Source of the DNA: a bacterium
Lineage (GTDB): Bacteria; Omnitrophota; Gorgyraeia; Zapsychrales; Zapsychraceae
Reading direction: 5' to 3'
DNA length: 64,000 nucleotides
Assembly (NCBI GenBank): GCA_030429765.1
Contig: JAUIER010000001.1
Location: 65,014-129,013 of the forward strand
Shown here: positions 1 to 10,642 of the stretch, piece after piece
Layout: each line of letters starts with the position of its first letter
How positions within the stretch are numbered: position 1 is the first letter of the stretch
Translations under genes and position numbers: made by a program
Notes under the pieces: generated by a model
Told to the model about the DNA's origin: nothing
The model's input: only the letters and a program-made list of their open reading frames with translations
The model's database searches: none

Positions 1-1
1 A

Positions 2-613
2 ACCGAGAATATCCGTCAGGTGATCATGGCCGGTCAGGTGAATCCCGGCCATCTGTTTGAAGAGAGCACCGAGCTGGACGAAGATTTTAAGCAATTATTT
101 GATGCCTTGAAAGACCGTAAAGCTGACACAATTTTTGCGGCCGTGGCCGAGAAACTCAAAGAACATAATATCGAGTTGGTTGATTCGACGTTTTTGATCA
201 AGAATCACCTTGCTCCCAAGGGAACCCTGACACGGACGGCTCCTAATCTGGAACAATTAGGCGATATTGAATTCGGGCGGGATATCGCCAAGTCCATGGG
301 GCGCATTGACGTTGGGCAGACCGTGGTGATCAAGGACAAGGCGATCGTGGCGATTGAGGCCATGGAAGGGACTGACCGGACGATTTTGCGCGGCGGACAA
401 ATTGCCAAAGAAGGCGCCGTTGTCATCAAAATGAGCAAACCCAACCAGGATCTGAGATTTGATGTGCCGGTCGTCGGGCCGCGAACCATCAAGCACATGC
501 GAAAGTCCCGCTGTAAATGCCTGGCCATCGAAGCCGGCAAAACCATCATCATTGACCGGCAAAAAACCATTCACGCCGCCGACAAAGGCGGTATCTGCAT
601 TGTCTCCGTTTAA
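2..613 (+). CDS. lpxI: UDP-2,3-diacylglucosamine pyrophosphatase LpxI (DUF1009), 5'-truncated by window edge
   Basis: The reading frame is open back to the window start. The C-terminal region (GTDRTILRGG...VVGPRTIKHM) resembles LpxI family proteins. Confidence 0.6.
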   Translation, partial: TENIRQVIMAGQVNPGHLFEESTELDEDFKQLFDALKDRKADTIFAAVAEKLKEHNIELVDSTFLIKNHLAPKGTLTRTAPNLEQLGDIEFGRDIAKSMGRIDVGQTVVIKDKAIVAIEAMEGTDRTILRGGQIAKEGAVVIKMSKPNQDLRFDVPVVGPRTIKHMRKSRCKCLAIEAGKTIIIDRQKTIHAADKGGICIVSV

Positions 614-706
614 TTACGGAATTCTCCTCTGTATTTCCATCGAACACTAAAAAGATCGCAATTTCGTTGCAGGGTTTCGAGATTTTTCATATACTCAACT
701 TAAAGG

Positions 707-2263
707 TTGAAAAAAGCTAGTAACAGGCGATATAAAGATATGAAAAATCTGATCTCATTCATATTTATAATAGTATTAATCTGCTTTTCCGGTATTGCAG
801 ACGCGAAGGATAAGCAGGGCAAGCACAAAATCTATCATCCGAATAAGAAATTCTTCTGGGTTGAGCACAACTATAAACGCGGGACAAAGAACGGTGAGTC
901 ACGTCAATATTATCCGGACGGTAATCTTCAGTATGAAATTCTTTATAAAAATGATGTAAAGGTAAATATTGGCAAACACTACTACCGCAATGGTCAGATA
1001 AAAGAAGAAGTCACTTATCAAAACGGAAAGCCTGACGGTATTTACAAAAAATTTTATAAAGACGGAAAGTTGATGATCCAAATCAATTACCGCAATGGTG
1101 AACCTGACGGCATTTACAAGAAATTTCAAAAAAATGGACGGGTGAAAGAGCAGCTGCAATATAAAAATGGGCGTCCCGAAGGGTTGTTCCAGGCCTTTTT
1201 TTCCGACGGTAGTCGCCGTCAGGAAGTCAACTTTATTGGCGGTAAACGTGAAGGCGTCTTTCACGAGTATCACCGAAACGGTAAAGTCAAACAGCTCGTG
1301 GATTACCGCAACGGAAAACGGCAGGGAATTCAGAAAACATATTATCAAAGCGGCAAGCTCAAGTCTGAATCGCTGTATGAAAACGGCGAGCGGGTCGGAC
1401 TCCGTAAGAATTATCATGAGGACGGGACTGTCAAGGGTGAGGTAAATTATGTGGACGGCAAACGGGTTGGCGTGGACAAGACATATTACGCGTCCGGCAA
1501 GGTCAAGGAAATCATTCACTACATTGACGGTGAACGCGATGGTAAATATGAAAAGTTCTATGAATCGGGCGTGTTAATGACCCAGTCCAAATATTCAAAG
1601 GGAAAGCTCGACGGCAAACTGCTGAGTTATCACGAGGATGAAAGTCTCAAAGAGGAGACCAAATACCGGATGGGCCTAAGGCACGGAGAGCATACAGTAT
1701 ACTATCCGAATGGTGAACTTGAATTAGTGGAGAAGTATAAAGATGATGTCCTACATGGCAAGGCACTAAAATACTTTGAGGACGGGACCCTGAAAAGTTC
1801 ACGCAATTATACCGACGGCCAGCTTACCGGTGTGTCCAAAGAATATCACAGCAATGGAAATCTGCGCGTCGAGCAGTTTTATATCAATAACATGATCGCC
1901 TCGGTCAAAGAGTATGATGAGAATGGATATATCCTGTCACGGGTCACCGATTCGTGGGGAAGCTATCGTCATCCGGCGGATATCGGGGCCGATTCCCTGA
2001 CCCAGGGAAAGTTCAAGGAAGAATTTACAGTCATCGTCAGCCGTATTGAAAAAGATCTGCTCCTGCAGGGATGGAAGCCTGGAAAATTCTATGCCGTTTT
2101 CGAGCCGATCGAAGGGACGTCTCAGGTAAAAGTCGATTTATGGCATTACGACACCTTTTTGGACGTCAATAAAAATGAGATTGGCAATGTCTCTGGAAAG
2201 AACCATTCCGTGTTTTATGACTACCAGCAGGACACGATTGTCAAGAAGCAGGTTTGGCAATAA
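707..2263 (+). CDS. secreted MORN-variant (YwqK-like) repeat protein
   Basis: N-terminal signal peptide. At least 12 tandem ~23-aa repeats of the form YYxNGxxKxExxYKNGKxDG. Unique ~150-aa C-terminal domain. Confidence 0.7.
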   Translation: MKKASNRRYKDMKNLISFIFIIVLICFSGIADAKDKQGKHKIYHPNKKFFWVEHNYKRGTKNGESRQYYPDGNLQYEILYKNDVKVNIGKHYYRNGQIKEEVTYQNGKPDGIYKKFYKDGKLMIQINYRNGEPDGIYKKFQKNGRVKEQLQYKNGRPEGLFQAFFSDGSRRQEVNFIGGKREGVFHEYHRNGKVKQLVDYRNGKRQGIQKTYYQSGKLKSESLYENGERVGLRKNYHEDGTVKGEVNYVDGKRVGVDKTYYASGKVKEIIHYIDGERDGKYEKFYESGVLMTQSKYSKGKLDGKLLSYHEDESLKEETKYRMGLRHGEHTVYYPNGELELVEKYKDDVLHGKALKYFEDGTLKSSRNYTDGQLTGVSKEYHSNGNLRVEQFYINNMIASVKEYDENGYILSRVTDSWGSYRHPADIGADSLTQGKFKEEFTVIVSRIEKDLLLQGWKPGKFYAVFEPIEGTSQVKVDLWHYDTFLDVNKNEIGNVSGKNHSVFYDYQQDTIVKKQVWQ

Positions 2264-2314
2264 ACCATTGTCACATATCAAGTTAGCGTATCCATCCCAC
2301 CCCCACAGTTTGAA

Positions 2315-2343
2315 TTGACACCCCTTCGCTTTTTCTATATAAT
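2315..2343 (+). promoter_or_regulatory. sigma70-consensus promoter upstream of lysS (TTGACA-17-TATAAT)
   Basis: TTGACA at 2315-2320 and TATAAT at 2338-2343, separated by a 17-nt spacer, about 55 nt upstream of the lysS start. Confidence 0.6.
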
Positions 2344-2400
2344 CATTGTTTACACTCTATATATAACTACTAATACTAATAGATCAAGGAAGCGTATTTG

Positions 2401-3867
2401 ATGGAACATGATGATATCAAAAGAGTTAGGGAAGAGAAGTTAAATGGTCTCGTAGATGCAGGGGTCAATCCCTACGGCGGCAAATATGAGCCAACCCACA
2501 CAGTCGAGCAAGTGCTCACCGATTTTAAAGCGGATGAAAAGGTTAAGATTGCCGGCCGCCTAATGGCCAAGCGCAGCCACGGCAAGGTATTGTTTGCGGA
2601 TATCGAGGACCAGACCGGAAAGATTCAGCTATTTATCAAGATTCAGGATCCCGAGGCCCAAATGACGCGGATCGTTAAGTCCCTGGATATCGGAGACATC
2701 ATCGGTGTGGAAGGTGAAACCTTCACCACCAAAATGAACCAGGACAGTGTCCGTGTGACCCATATCGAATTTCTCACCAAATCATTAAAGACATTACCCG
2801 AAAAATGGCATGGGCTCAAAGACGTGGAGATCCGTTATCGACAGCGTTATGTTGATTTGATCGCCAATAAGGATGTGCGTGATGTCTTTATCAAACGCAG
2901 TAAGATTGTCTCATTTATCCGCCAGGTTTTGGATGATCGCGGATTTCTCGAGGTCGAAACACCGATGCTCCAGCCGATGGCCGGAGGGGCTCGGGGACGA
3001 CCATTCAAAAGTTTACACAATGCCTACGATCTGGATGTGTATCTGCGCATCGCCCCGGAACTTTATCTCAAGCGATTATTGGTTGGCGGATTGGAACGTG
3101 TGTATGAAATCAACCGAAATTTCCGTAACGAAGGTGTGTCGACACGTCACAATCCTGAGTTTACCATGCTTGAAGTCTATCAGTCATATGGCGATTTTGA
3201 GGACATGATGCGCTTGACCGAAGACCTGGTGGCGGGGGCGGCCAAAGAAATCACCGGCTCGTACGTTGTGCCTTATCAGGGCAAAGAGATCAATTTTGAA
3301 CCGCCATGGGAACGTCGCAGTTTTGCGGGAATCATGAAAGAAAAATTTGATATCAATCCCGACGACGAAGCTTCCGTGATGCTCGAGAAAGTCAAGGTTC
3401 ATAAAGGCGGCTCGGTCAAAGTGGACAAGCTTACACGCTCTGCCGTTATGAAGATCGCCGAGGATTTGCTGGAAGAAGATGAGATCATCAATCCGGTATT
3501 TTTTACGGACTATTTTACCTTCCTGTGTCCATTGGCCAAGACATTACCTGAAAATCCGGCCTTGTCTGCCCGTTTTGAAGCGTTTGTGGCGGGAATGGAG
3601 ATCGGTAACGCCTATTCGGAGTTAAACGATCCGACAGAACAGCGTCGACGTCTACTCGAAGATCTCGAAGATGATGTCGAGACCGGCAACCGGACCATCG
3701 ATGAGGATTTTCTTAACGCGCTGGAATACGGAATGCCTCCGGCGGGAGGATTGGGCATCGGGATCGACCGGATGGTCATGCTGTTAACAGATTCGCCGTC
3801 CATCAGGGACGTCATTCTGTTTCCGTTGATGAAACCCACTCAGGAAAAAACTCAAGACAAAGCATGA
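2401..3867 (+). CDS. lysS: lysyl-tRNA synthetase, class II
   Basis: N-terminal OB anticodon-binding domain plus class II aaRS catalytic core (motifs FRNEG, GGLGIGIDR). AAGGAAG ribosome-binding site before the ATG at 2401. Confidence 0.9.
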   Translation: MEHDDIKRVREEKLNGLVDAGVNPYGGKYEPTHTVEQVLTDFKADEKVKIAGRLMAKRSHGKVLFADIEDQTGKIQLFIKIQDPEAQMTRIVKSLDIGDIIGVEGETFTTKMNQDSVRVTHIEFLTKSLKTLPEKWHGLKDVEIRYRQRYVDLIANKDVRDVFIKRSKIVSFIRQVLDDRGFLEVETPMLQPMAGGARGRPFKSLHNAYDLDVYLRIAPELYLKRLLVGGLERVYEINRNFRNEGVSTRHNPEFTMLEVYQSYGDFEDMMRLTEDLVAGAAKEITGSYVVPYQGKEINFEPPWERRSFAGIMKEKFDINPDDEASVMLEKVKVHKGGSVKVDKLTRSAVMKIAEDLLEEDEIINPVFFTDYFTFLCPLAKTLPENPALSARFEAFVAGMEIGNAYSELNDPTEQRRRLLEDLEDDVETGNRTIDEDFLNALEYGMPPAGGLGIGIDRMVMLLTDSPSIRDVILFPLMKPTQEKTQDKA

Positions 3868-5057
3868 GCTACGAAAGCTGGATCAGTTACCGTTATCGAA
3901 AATCAAAACAGGGGCGGTTTTTAAAGTTTCTTAACTTTATCTCCGTGGCCGGGATTGCCACCGGTGTGATGGCGCTTTTGGTGGTCATCGCGATCATGAC
4001 TGGATTCGGCAATAACCTACGTGAGCAGATTATCGGCTCAACCCCGCATATCAGTATCGAGAAAGAGAACGGGATTAAAAATTACGATGATCTGAAGTCG
4101 CAGCTGATGCAGGTGGAAGGTGTCGTCGGCGCGTCGGCATACGCCCAGGGAAATATCTATCTGGAGAGCGGCGATCAGGCCCGGCCATTGTTTTTACGCG
4201 GCATTCAACCGGAAACCGAAGTGCAGGTGACCAAGGTTCAGGAGTATCTCGATGAGGGATCGTTAAGTGATTTAAGCAAGGGCAAGGTCTCGATCGGTAG
4301 CGAATTGGCCCGATTCTATGGCCTGGAGATTGGCAGTCTCCTGACGTTGATATCCCCGGGCACCGGGATCAAAGGTGAAGGCTGGAAACACACACTCGAG
4401 ATCGTCGGGATATTCACAACCGGACGCGCTGATTTTGACGCGAACATCATTATCACGAACATTGAAACGGCACAGATGCTGCTCAACTATCCGGATGACC
4501 GGGTCGACGGAATCGGACTAAAGACCGTTGATCCTGAGACGGCGGCTGATCTGAAAAAGGTGATCTACCAGAAATTTGGATTTAAGTATCTGGTCCGAAC
4601 GTGGATCGATACGAATAAAGGATTATTTACGGCGCTCAAACTTGAAAAATTAGGTCTGTTCATTATTTTGTCGCTGATTATTCTGGTGGCGTCGTTCAAT
4701 ATTATCAGTACCTTGATTGTTACCGTAACGAGCAAAGTGCATGACATCGGCGTGCTCAAGGCCATTGGCGTCCCGCGCGGAGCCATCCGGCGGATCTTCA
4801 CCAAGCAGGGCGTGGGCATGGGCGTTCGCGGAATCCTCTGGGGTCTGATGTTGGGGTTAGGCATTTGTTACTATTTGAAAACATACTTTGAGGTCCCGGC
4901 CGATGTGTACGGTATTGATCGGGTCCCTGTCGACGTCCAATTGCGTGATATGGCCTACATCGTGATCGCAGCGCTGGTCATCAGTTTTCTGGCGACCATT
5001 TATCCGGCATCTAAGGCCGCATCTCTGGAACCGGTCGACGCCTTAAGATACGAATAG
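3864..5057 (+). CDS. lolC: lipoprotein-releasing system permease LolC/LolE (FtsX family)
   Basis: N-terminal TM, MacB-like periplasmic domain and C-terminal FtsX 3-TM domain. Overlaps the lysS stop by an ATGA junction. Followed by lolD. Confidence 0.8.
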   Translation: MSYESWISYRYRKSKQGRFLKFLNFISVAGIATGVMALLVVIAIMTGFGNNLREQIIGSTPHISIEKENGIKNYDDLKSQLMQVEGVVGASAYAQGNIYLESGDQARPLFLRGIQPETEVQVTKVQEYLDEGSLSDLSKGKVSIGSELARFYGLEIGSLLTLISPGTGIKGEGWKHTLEIVGIFTTGRADFDANIIITNIETAQMLLNYPDDRVDGIGLKTVDPETAADLKKVIYQKFGFKYLVRTWIDTNKGLFTALKLEKLGLFIILSLIILVASFNIISTLIVTVTSKVHDIGVLKAIGVPRGAIRRIFTKQGVGMGVRGILWGLMLGLGICYYLKTYFEVPADVYGIDRVPVDVQLRDMAYIVIAALVISFLATIYPASKAASLEPVDALRYE

Positions 5058-5072
5058 GATCGTGAGAACAAG

Positions 5073-5801
5073 TTGATACTTTACGCCAAAAATATTCGGA
5101 AGGTTTACAAACAGGCCCGGACTGAACTTGAGGTCTTGAAGGGCGTGGATGTTTCTATCCAGCAGGGTGAAGTTGTCGCGATCGTCGGACCGTCCGGCGC
5201 GGGAAAGTCCACGTTGCTGCATATTCTCGGCGGCCTAGATGTGCCGACAGATGGCGAAGTCCTGCTCGACGGAGAGAATTTGTACCGGCTCAGGGACAAA
5301 CAGCGGGCCAAGGTCCGCAACGAAAAGATTGGATTTGTCTTTCAGTTCTATCATCTGTTGCCGGAGTTTAACGCGTTGGAAAATGTGATGATGCCCGGAT
5401 ATGTGCTGGGACGGTTAAGCCGGAGCGAGGTGAAGCGCCAGTCGGTGTCATTGCTCGAACAGTTGGGACTGGGCAAACGGCTCAAGCACAAGCCTTCACA
5501 GCTATCCGGCGGTGAACAGCAGCGAGTCGCGATTGCCCGGGCGTTGCTGAATGAACCCAAGATATTGCTGTCGGATGAGCCGACCGGAAATCTCGACTCT
5601 AAAAGCGGCAAGGAGATCATCAAGCTCCTGATGGATTTGAACTATGTTAAGAAGCAGGCGATTGTGATTGTCACGCATGACGAAAGTATTGCGCGCCAAT
5701 GTCACCGCACGATTCATATGCGTGACGGATTACTCGATAATGTAAAGGCCGAGAAGCCTCAGAAGAAGGAAAAAGGAAAAGTATATGAAAATTTATCTTA
5801 A
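5073..5801 (+). CDS. lolD: lipoprotein-releasing ABC ATPase LolD
   Basis: Walker A GPSGAGKST, ABC signature LSGGEQQRVAIARAL, Walker B LLSDEPTGNLD. TTG start. Confidence 0.85.
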   Translation: MILYAKNIRKVYKQARTELEVLKGVDVSIQQGEVVAIVGPSGAGKSTLLHILGGLDVPTDGEVLLDGENLYRLRDKQRAKVRNEKIGFVFQFYHLLPEFNALENVMMPGYVLGRLSRSEVKRQSVSLLEQLGLGKRLKHKPSQLSGGEQQRVAIARALLNEPKILLSDEPTGNLDSKSGKEIIKLLMDLNYVKKQAIVIVTHDESIARQCHRTIHMRDGLLDNVKAEKPQKKEKGKVYENLS

Positions 5802-6648
5802 TGGCGAATTTGTTGAAAAGAAGGACGCAGTTGTTTCGGTTTTTGATCATGGTTTTCTGTATGGTGATGGCGGATTTGAAGGCATCCGTTCTTACAACAG
5901 TCTGGTTTTTAAGTTGGACGAACATTTGAACCGTTTGTATGAGACTCTGCACACGTTGATGATCGATCCGAAAATGACCAAGGATGAAATGTCCAAGGCG
6001 ATTGTCGAAACGCTGAAAATCAATAACCTCACAGATGCCTATATCCGTGTAATCGTTTCGCGGGGTGAGGGGGATCTGGGATTGGATCCCAAGAAGTGCT
6101 GCGGAATGGCGAATGTCATAATTATTGCGGATAAAATTACTCTTTACCCTAAAGAGTTGTATAATAAGGGGATGGAGATTATGACCGTCTCCACGGTCCG
6201 AAATCATCCCGGTGCCATTAACCCGCAATTGAAGTCCCTGAACTATCTCAATAACATTCTTGGCAAGATCGAAGCGGGCAATTCGGGGTACAATGAAGCC
6301 ATTATGCTGGATCATCAGGGATTTGTGGCCGAATGCACGGGGGATAATATTTTTATCATCAAAAACGGACAGATGTCCACACCTAGCCAAGGGATTCTCA
6401 AGGGGATCACCCGGCAGGCTGTTTTGGATATTGCCGCGGACCAGAAAATCCCGGCCCGGGAATGTTTGTTAACCCGGCACGAAGTATATGTCGCCGATGA
6501 GTGTTTTCTGACCGGTACCGCCGCTGAAATCATTCCGGTTGTCAAAGTGGATGGGCGTATCATCGGCAGCGGGACGCCGGGGACAATTACCGAACAAATC
6601 AGAGAGGAATTTCACAAGCGAACGCAGACCGAGGGCGTGAAGTATTAG
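5785..6648 (+). CDS. ilvE: branched-chain amino acid aminotransferase (class IV PLP enzyme)
   Basis: Fold type IV aminotransferase motifs (FDHGFLYGDGGFEGIR, EAGNSGYNEAIMLD). Length about 287 aa. Confidence 0.8.
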   Translation: MKIYLNGEFVEKKDAVVSVFDHGFLYGDGGFEGIRSYNSLVFKLDEHLNRLYETLHTLMIDPKMTKDEMSKAIVETLKINNLTDAYIRVIVSRGEGDLGLDPKKCCGMANVIIIADKITLYPKELYNKGMEIMTVSTVRNHPGAINPQLKSLNYLNNILGKIEAGNSGYNEAIMLDHQGFVAECTGDNIFIIKNGQMSTPSQGILKGITRQAVLDIAADQKIPARECLLTRHEVYVADECFLTGTAAEIIPVVKVDGRIIGSGTPGTITEQIREEFHKRTQTEGVKY

Positions 6649-6675
6649 TCGTCCGCCTGGCGTCGCCAATCTATC

Positions 6676-7173
6676 ATGAAATGTGATCTATGCAATAAAA
6701 AAGCCACGGTTCACCTGACCGAGATCGTGGATGAACAGATGTCGGAAATGCATTTGTGTGAAGAGTGCGCCCGTGAAAAGAGTGTGCAGATGGAGCAGCA
6801 ATTCGGACTGTCTGACTTATTAGCGGGACTCACCGATTTTGGCAAGCAGGTCAAAACTGCCGATAAGGTCGATCTTAAATGTGAGCATTGCGGGATCACC
6901 TATGATGATTTCCGGAAATTCGGACGGCTGGGATGCGGACATTGTTATGACGCGTTCAAGTCGCATTTGTCGACACTGCTCAAAAAGATCCACGGTGCGA
7001 ACCATCATTTCGGCAAAACGCCTAAGAAGCTGCCCAAGGCCGATAAGAAAAAGGTTGAAGACCTGCAGGAACTCAAGAATAAATTGATGCTGGCGATCCA
7101 GATGGAAGATTTTGAAAAGGCCGCCAAGCTTCGCGATAAAATCAGAGATATTGAAAGTAAGAAGTCAAAATGA
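6676..7173 (+). CDS. mcsA: protein-arginine kinase activator McsA
   Basis: Two CxxC zinc-finger pairs at the N-terminus and a C-terminal UVR motif (FEKAAKLRDKIRDIE). Immediately precedes mcsB. Confidence 0.8.
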   Translation: MKCDLCNKKATVHLTEIVDEQMSEMHLCEECAREKSVQMEQQFGLSDLLAGLTDFGKQVKTADKVDLKCEHCGITYDDFRKFGRLGCGHCYDAFKSHLSTLLKKIHGANHHFGKTPKKLPKADKKKVEDLQELKNKLMLAIQMEDFEKAAKLRDKIRDIESKKSK

Positions 7174-8222
7174 AATTGGATTCATTCATTGATAACACCG
7201 GTGAATGGTTGAAGGGAACCGGGGACAATGCCAACATCGTGATGTCGTCCCGGATCAGATTAGCCCGAAATTTGATGGGTTTTCCGTTTCCCAATAAAGC
7301 CAGTAAAAAGCAATTGCATCAGATCTTAACGACGGTTCATAAGGCTATTGAGGAGATCGGTTATTTTGAGACCTCCTCGCTCTTTAAGATCAGTGAGTTG
7401 GACAATGTCGACAAACAGTTTTTGATCGAACGGCATTTGATCAGTCACGATCACGCCACGAACCCGGATGGCAAGGCCGTGCTTATTTCCAAGGAAGAGG
7501 TCTTGTCGGTGATGATTAACGAGGAAGATCATCTGCGGATTCAGGTCATGCAGTCAGGCCTGAATCTTGATGAAACATGGAAGATCATCAATTCGATCGA
7601 CGACGCTCTTTCGGAGAAGTTGGATTTTGCGTATTCCATGCATTGGGGATACCTGACCGCCTGTCCGACGAACACCGGTACCGCGATGCGCGGTTCGGTG
7701 ATGCTGCATTTACCGGCCTTGGTCATGACCAAGCAGATCAATAAAGTGATGGCAGCGATTTCCAAACTGAATTTTGCCTCACGCGGTTTTTATGGTGAAG
7801 GAACCCAGGCCAGCGGTAACATTTATCAGATTTCAAATCAGTTGTCGATGGGGCATGGCGAAGTCGAAGTCCTGCAAAATATCAAGGGACTGATCCGTCA
7901 GGTGATCGAGCAGGAGGAGCAGGCCCGTCAGGCATTGATGCTTCAGAACAAACCGATGCTGGAGGACAAGATCTTCCGTTCGTACGGTATTTTGAAAAAC
8001 GCGCATATTATTTCCAGCCAGGAAACCGTGGATCTGCTTTCCATGGTCCGCCTAGGCGTGGATTTAGGAGTCTTAAAAGATATAACCCGTAAATGCATTA
8101 ATGAATTATTCATCACGATTCAACCGGCCCATCTGCAGAAGATCGGCAAGAAAAAATTAAGCGCATCGGAACGTGATGCGAAAAGAGCGAATCTTATTCG
8201 AAAAAAATTGGGAGGAACATAA
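7170..8222 (+). CDS. mcsB: protein-arginine kinase McsB (ATP:guanido phosphotransferase)
   Basis: Phosphagen-kinase catalytic domain (CPTNTGT motif). ATGA overlap with mcsA. Followed by clpC. Confidence 0.85.
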   Translation: MKLDSFIDNTGEWLKGTGDNANIVMSSRIRLARNLMGFPFPNKASKKQLHQILTTVHKAIEEIGYFETSSLFKISELDNVDKQFLIERHLISHDHATNPDGKAVLISKEEVLSVMINEEDHLRIQVMQSGLNLDETWKIINSIDDALSEKLDFAYSMHWGYLTACPTNTGTAMRGSVMLHLPALVMTKQINKVMAAISKLNFASRGFYGEGTQASGNIYQISNQLSMGHGEVEVLQNIKGLIRQVIEQEEQARQALMLQNKPMLEDKIFRSYGILKNAHIISSQETVDLLSMVRLGVDLGVLKDITRKCINELFITIQPAHLQKIGKKKLSASERDAKRANLIRKKLGGT

Positions 8223-8224
8223 AC

Positions 8225-10642
8225 ATGTTCAATCGATTTACGGAAAGAGCTAGAAAAGTTATTGTTTATGCAAAAGAAGAGGCGCGCCGTTTCAATCACG
8301 ATTACATTGGGACCGAGCATCTTTTACTGGGGCTGGTTCGCGAGGGTGAAGGGGTCGCCGCGGCGGTCCTCCAGAAATTGGGATTGGATTTGGAAACCAT
8401 TCGCATTGAAGTTGAAAAACTAGTGCAGCCGGGGCCGCAAACGCAGGTGCTGGGTGATATTCCATTTACGCCGCGTTCCAAAAAGGCGCTGGAATTATCT
8501 GCCGAAGAGGCGCGCGCTTTGGGGCACAATTATATTGGAACGGAGCATTTGCTTTTGGGATTGGTCAAGGAAGGCGAAGGCATGGCTTACCGCGTGCTTT
8601 TGAACTTGGGATTGGATCTCGGGAAGCTCCGCAACGAAGTTATGGAATTGCTGGGTTCGGGAATTCCGGGGTACGGATCACAAGAACCGGCCAAGAACGA
8701 CAAGACGCCGGCCATCGACGCGTATGGTCGAAATCTTAACAAGTATGCCAAGGACGGTAAATTGGACCCGGTCATCGGGCGAAAAGAAGAGATCGATCGA
8801 ATCCTTCAAATCCTTTCCCGCCGGACCAAGAATAACCCGGTACTTCTCGGTGAGGCCGGTGTCGGAAAGACGGCCATCGTTGAGGGATTGGCCCAGAAGA
8901 TTATCAAAGGGGAAGTACCGGAGATACTTCGGGATAAAACTATTGTTGTTTTGGATTTGGCCTTAATGATCGCAGGTACGAAGTATCGTGGTCAGTTTGA
9001 AGAACGGATCAAGGCCATCATGGATGAGATCAAACGTTCAGGAAAGATTATCCTGTTTATCGACGAGCTTCACACACTGGTTGGAGCGGGAGCGGCCGAA
9101 GGTGCGATTGACGCGGCCAATATCCTTAAGCCGGCATTGGCTCGGGGCGAGATTCAATGTATCGGAGCCACCACGCTCGATGAGTACCGCAAACATATCG
9201 AAAAGGACGCGGCCCTGGAACGTCGATTCCAGACGATTACCGTCGAACCTCCATCAGAGGAAGAGGCCATTCTTATCCTAAAGGGATTACGTGACAAGTA
9301 CGAAGCCCATCACCGTGTTAAATTTTCAGATGAATCATTGGAAGCGGCGGTCAAGTTGTCGGAACGGTATATCTCCGGACGGGCGCTGCCGGATAAGGCG
9401 GTGGATATTCTGGATGAGGCCGGCGCCAAGGCCCGCTTGTCGGCGATGGTTGTTCCGCCGGACTTGAAAGAACTCGAGGCCGAGATTGAATCGCTTAAAC
9501 AGGAAAAAGAAGCTTTCATCAAGAGCCAGGATTTTGAGAAGGCCGCCAAGATGCGTGACAAGGAACGCGAAACCCGTGACAAACTTGAAGAGGTCAAGAA
9601 CAAGTGGTCCGAGGAACGTGATAAAGTTTCGATCACGATCGGTTACGAAGATGTCGCGCTGGTTGTGTCGCAGTGGACCAAAGTTCCATTGAGCCGTCTG
9701 GAGGCTGGTGAATCCAAAAAACTACTTAAGTTGGAAGATCATCTGAAAAATGCGGTCATCGGTCAGGATGAAGCGATTGGATCGATAGCTCGAGCGATAC
9801 GACGATCGCGTGCCGGAATTAAAGATCCTCGTCGGCCGATTGGTTCGTTTATTTTCTTGGGACCGACTGGTGTGGGTAAAACGCTTCTGGCTCAGACAAT
9901 CGCGGAGTTCATGTTCGGCGGTAAAGAGTCATTGATCCAGATCGACATGAGCGAGTACATGGATAAGTTTAATGTGTCACGATTGATCGGTGCGCCGCCG
10001 GGGTACGTGGGTTATGAAGAAGGCGGTCAGCTGACCGAAAAAGTCCGGCGACGTCCTTATTCGGTTGTCCTTCTGGATGAAATCGAGAAAGCGCATCCGG
10101 ATGTCTTCAATCTTCTGCTTCAGGTATTCGAAGAAGGTCGTTTAACGGATAGTTTGGGGCGAAAGGTAGATTTTCGAAACACGATTATCCTGATGACGTC
10201 CAATGTCGGCGCACATACTGTCGGGACCGGCGGCGGATTGGGATTCGCGGAGCAGAGCGAAGAGCATACCTATGAAGGGATGAAGTCCAAACTATTGGAT
10301 ACTGCCAAAAAGACCTTCAAGCCGGAATTCCTAAACCGTATTGATGAGATCATTGTGTTCAAATCATTAACCAAAGAGAATCTCAAGAACATCGTACAGC
10401 TTGAGATCGCGGGCGTCTTAAACCGGTTGAAGGACAAGGAAATCGAGGTGGAGCTCAGCAAGGACGCCTTCGAGCTGATTATTGAAAAAGGATTCGATCC
10501 TGTTTACGGCGCGCGTCCGCTCCGACGGACTATTCAGCGTCTGCTGGAAGATCCGTTGGCTGAGGATATCATTTCAGGTGTCTTTAAAGAAGGGACCAAG
10601 ATCAAGGCCGATCGAAAAGAGGAAAAGCTGGTATTCAAATAA
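8225..10642 (+). CDS. clpC: ATP-dependent Clp protease ATP-binding subunit ClpC
   Basis: Duplicated Clp_N repeats, two AAA+ modules ([16 protein letters not shown]) and a UVR linker motif. 805 aa. Confidence 0.9.
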   Translation: MFNRFTERARKVIVYAKEEARRFNHDYIGTEHLLLGLVREGEGVAAAVLQKLGLDLETIRIEVEKLVQPGPQTQVLGDIPFTPRSKKALELSAEEARALGHNYIGTEHLLLGLVKEGEGMAYRVLLNLGLDLGKLRNEVMELLGSGIPGYGSQEPAKNDKTPAIDAYGRNLNKYAKDGKLDPVIGRKEEIDRILQILSRRTKNNPVLLGEAGVGKTAIVEGLAQKIIKGEVPEILRDKTIVVLDLALMIAGTKYRGQFEERIKAIMDEIKRSGKIILFIDELHTLVGAGAAEGAIDAANILKPALARGEIQCIGATTLDEYRKHIEKDAALERRFQTITVEPPSEEEAILILKGLRDKYEAHHRVKFSDESLEAAVKLSERYISGRALPDKAVDILDEAGAKARLSAMVVPPDLKELEAEIESLKQEKEAFIKSQDFEKAAKMRDKERETRDKLEEVKNKWSEERDKVSITIGYEDVALVVSQWTKVPLSRLEAGESKKLLKLEDHLKNAVIGQDEAIGSIARAIRRSRAGIKDPRRPIGSFIFLGPTGVGKTLLAQTIAEFMFGGKESLIQIDMSEYMDKFNVSRLIGAPPGYVGYEEGGQLTEKVRRRPYSVVLLDEIEKAHPDVFNLLLQVFEEGRLTDSLGRKVDFRNTIILMTSNVGAHTVGTGGGLGFAEQSEEHTYEGMKSKLLDTAKKTFKPEFLNRIDEIIVFKSLTKENLKNIVQLEIAGVLNRLKDKEIEVELSKDAFELIIEKGFDPVYGARPLRRTIQRLLEDPLAEDIISGVFKEGTKIKADRKEEKLVFK

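Noticed and set aside
899-1519. Long antisense ORFs inside annotated genes (for example 899-1519 minus, 5671-6390 minus, 12216-12941 minus, 34197-34712 minus, 43721-44404 plus)
   Set aside because: They lie wholly within well-supported genes on the opposite strand. They have low-complexity or repeat-mirrored translations and no ribosome-binding sites. They are typical shadow ORFs.
6600-6700. CtsR operator upstream of mcsA
   Set aside because: No tandem GGTCAAA heptad is present. The mcsA start is only 28 bp after ilvE, and the single GGTCAAA (about 6849) lies inside the mcsA coding sequence.
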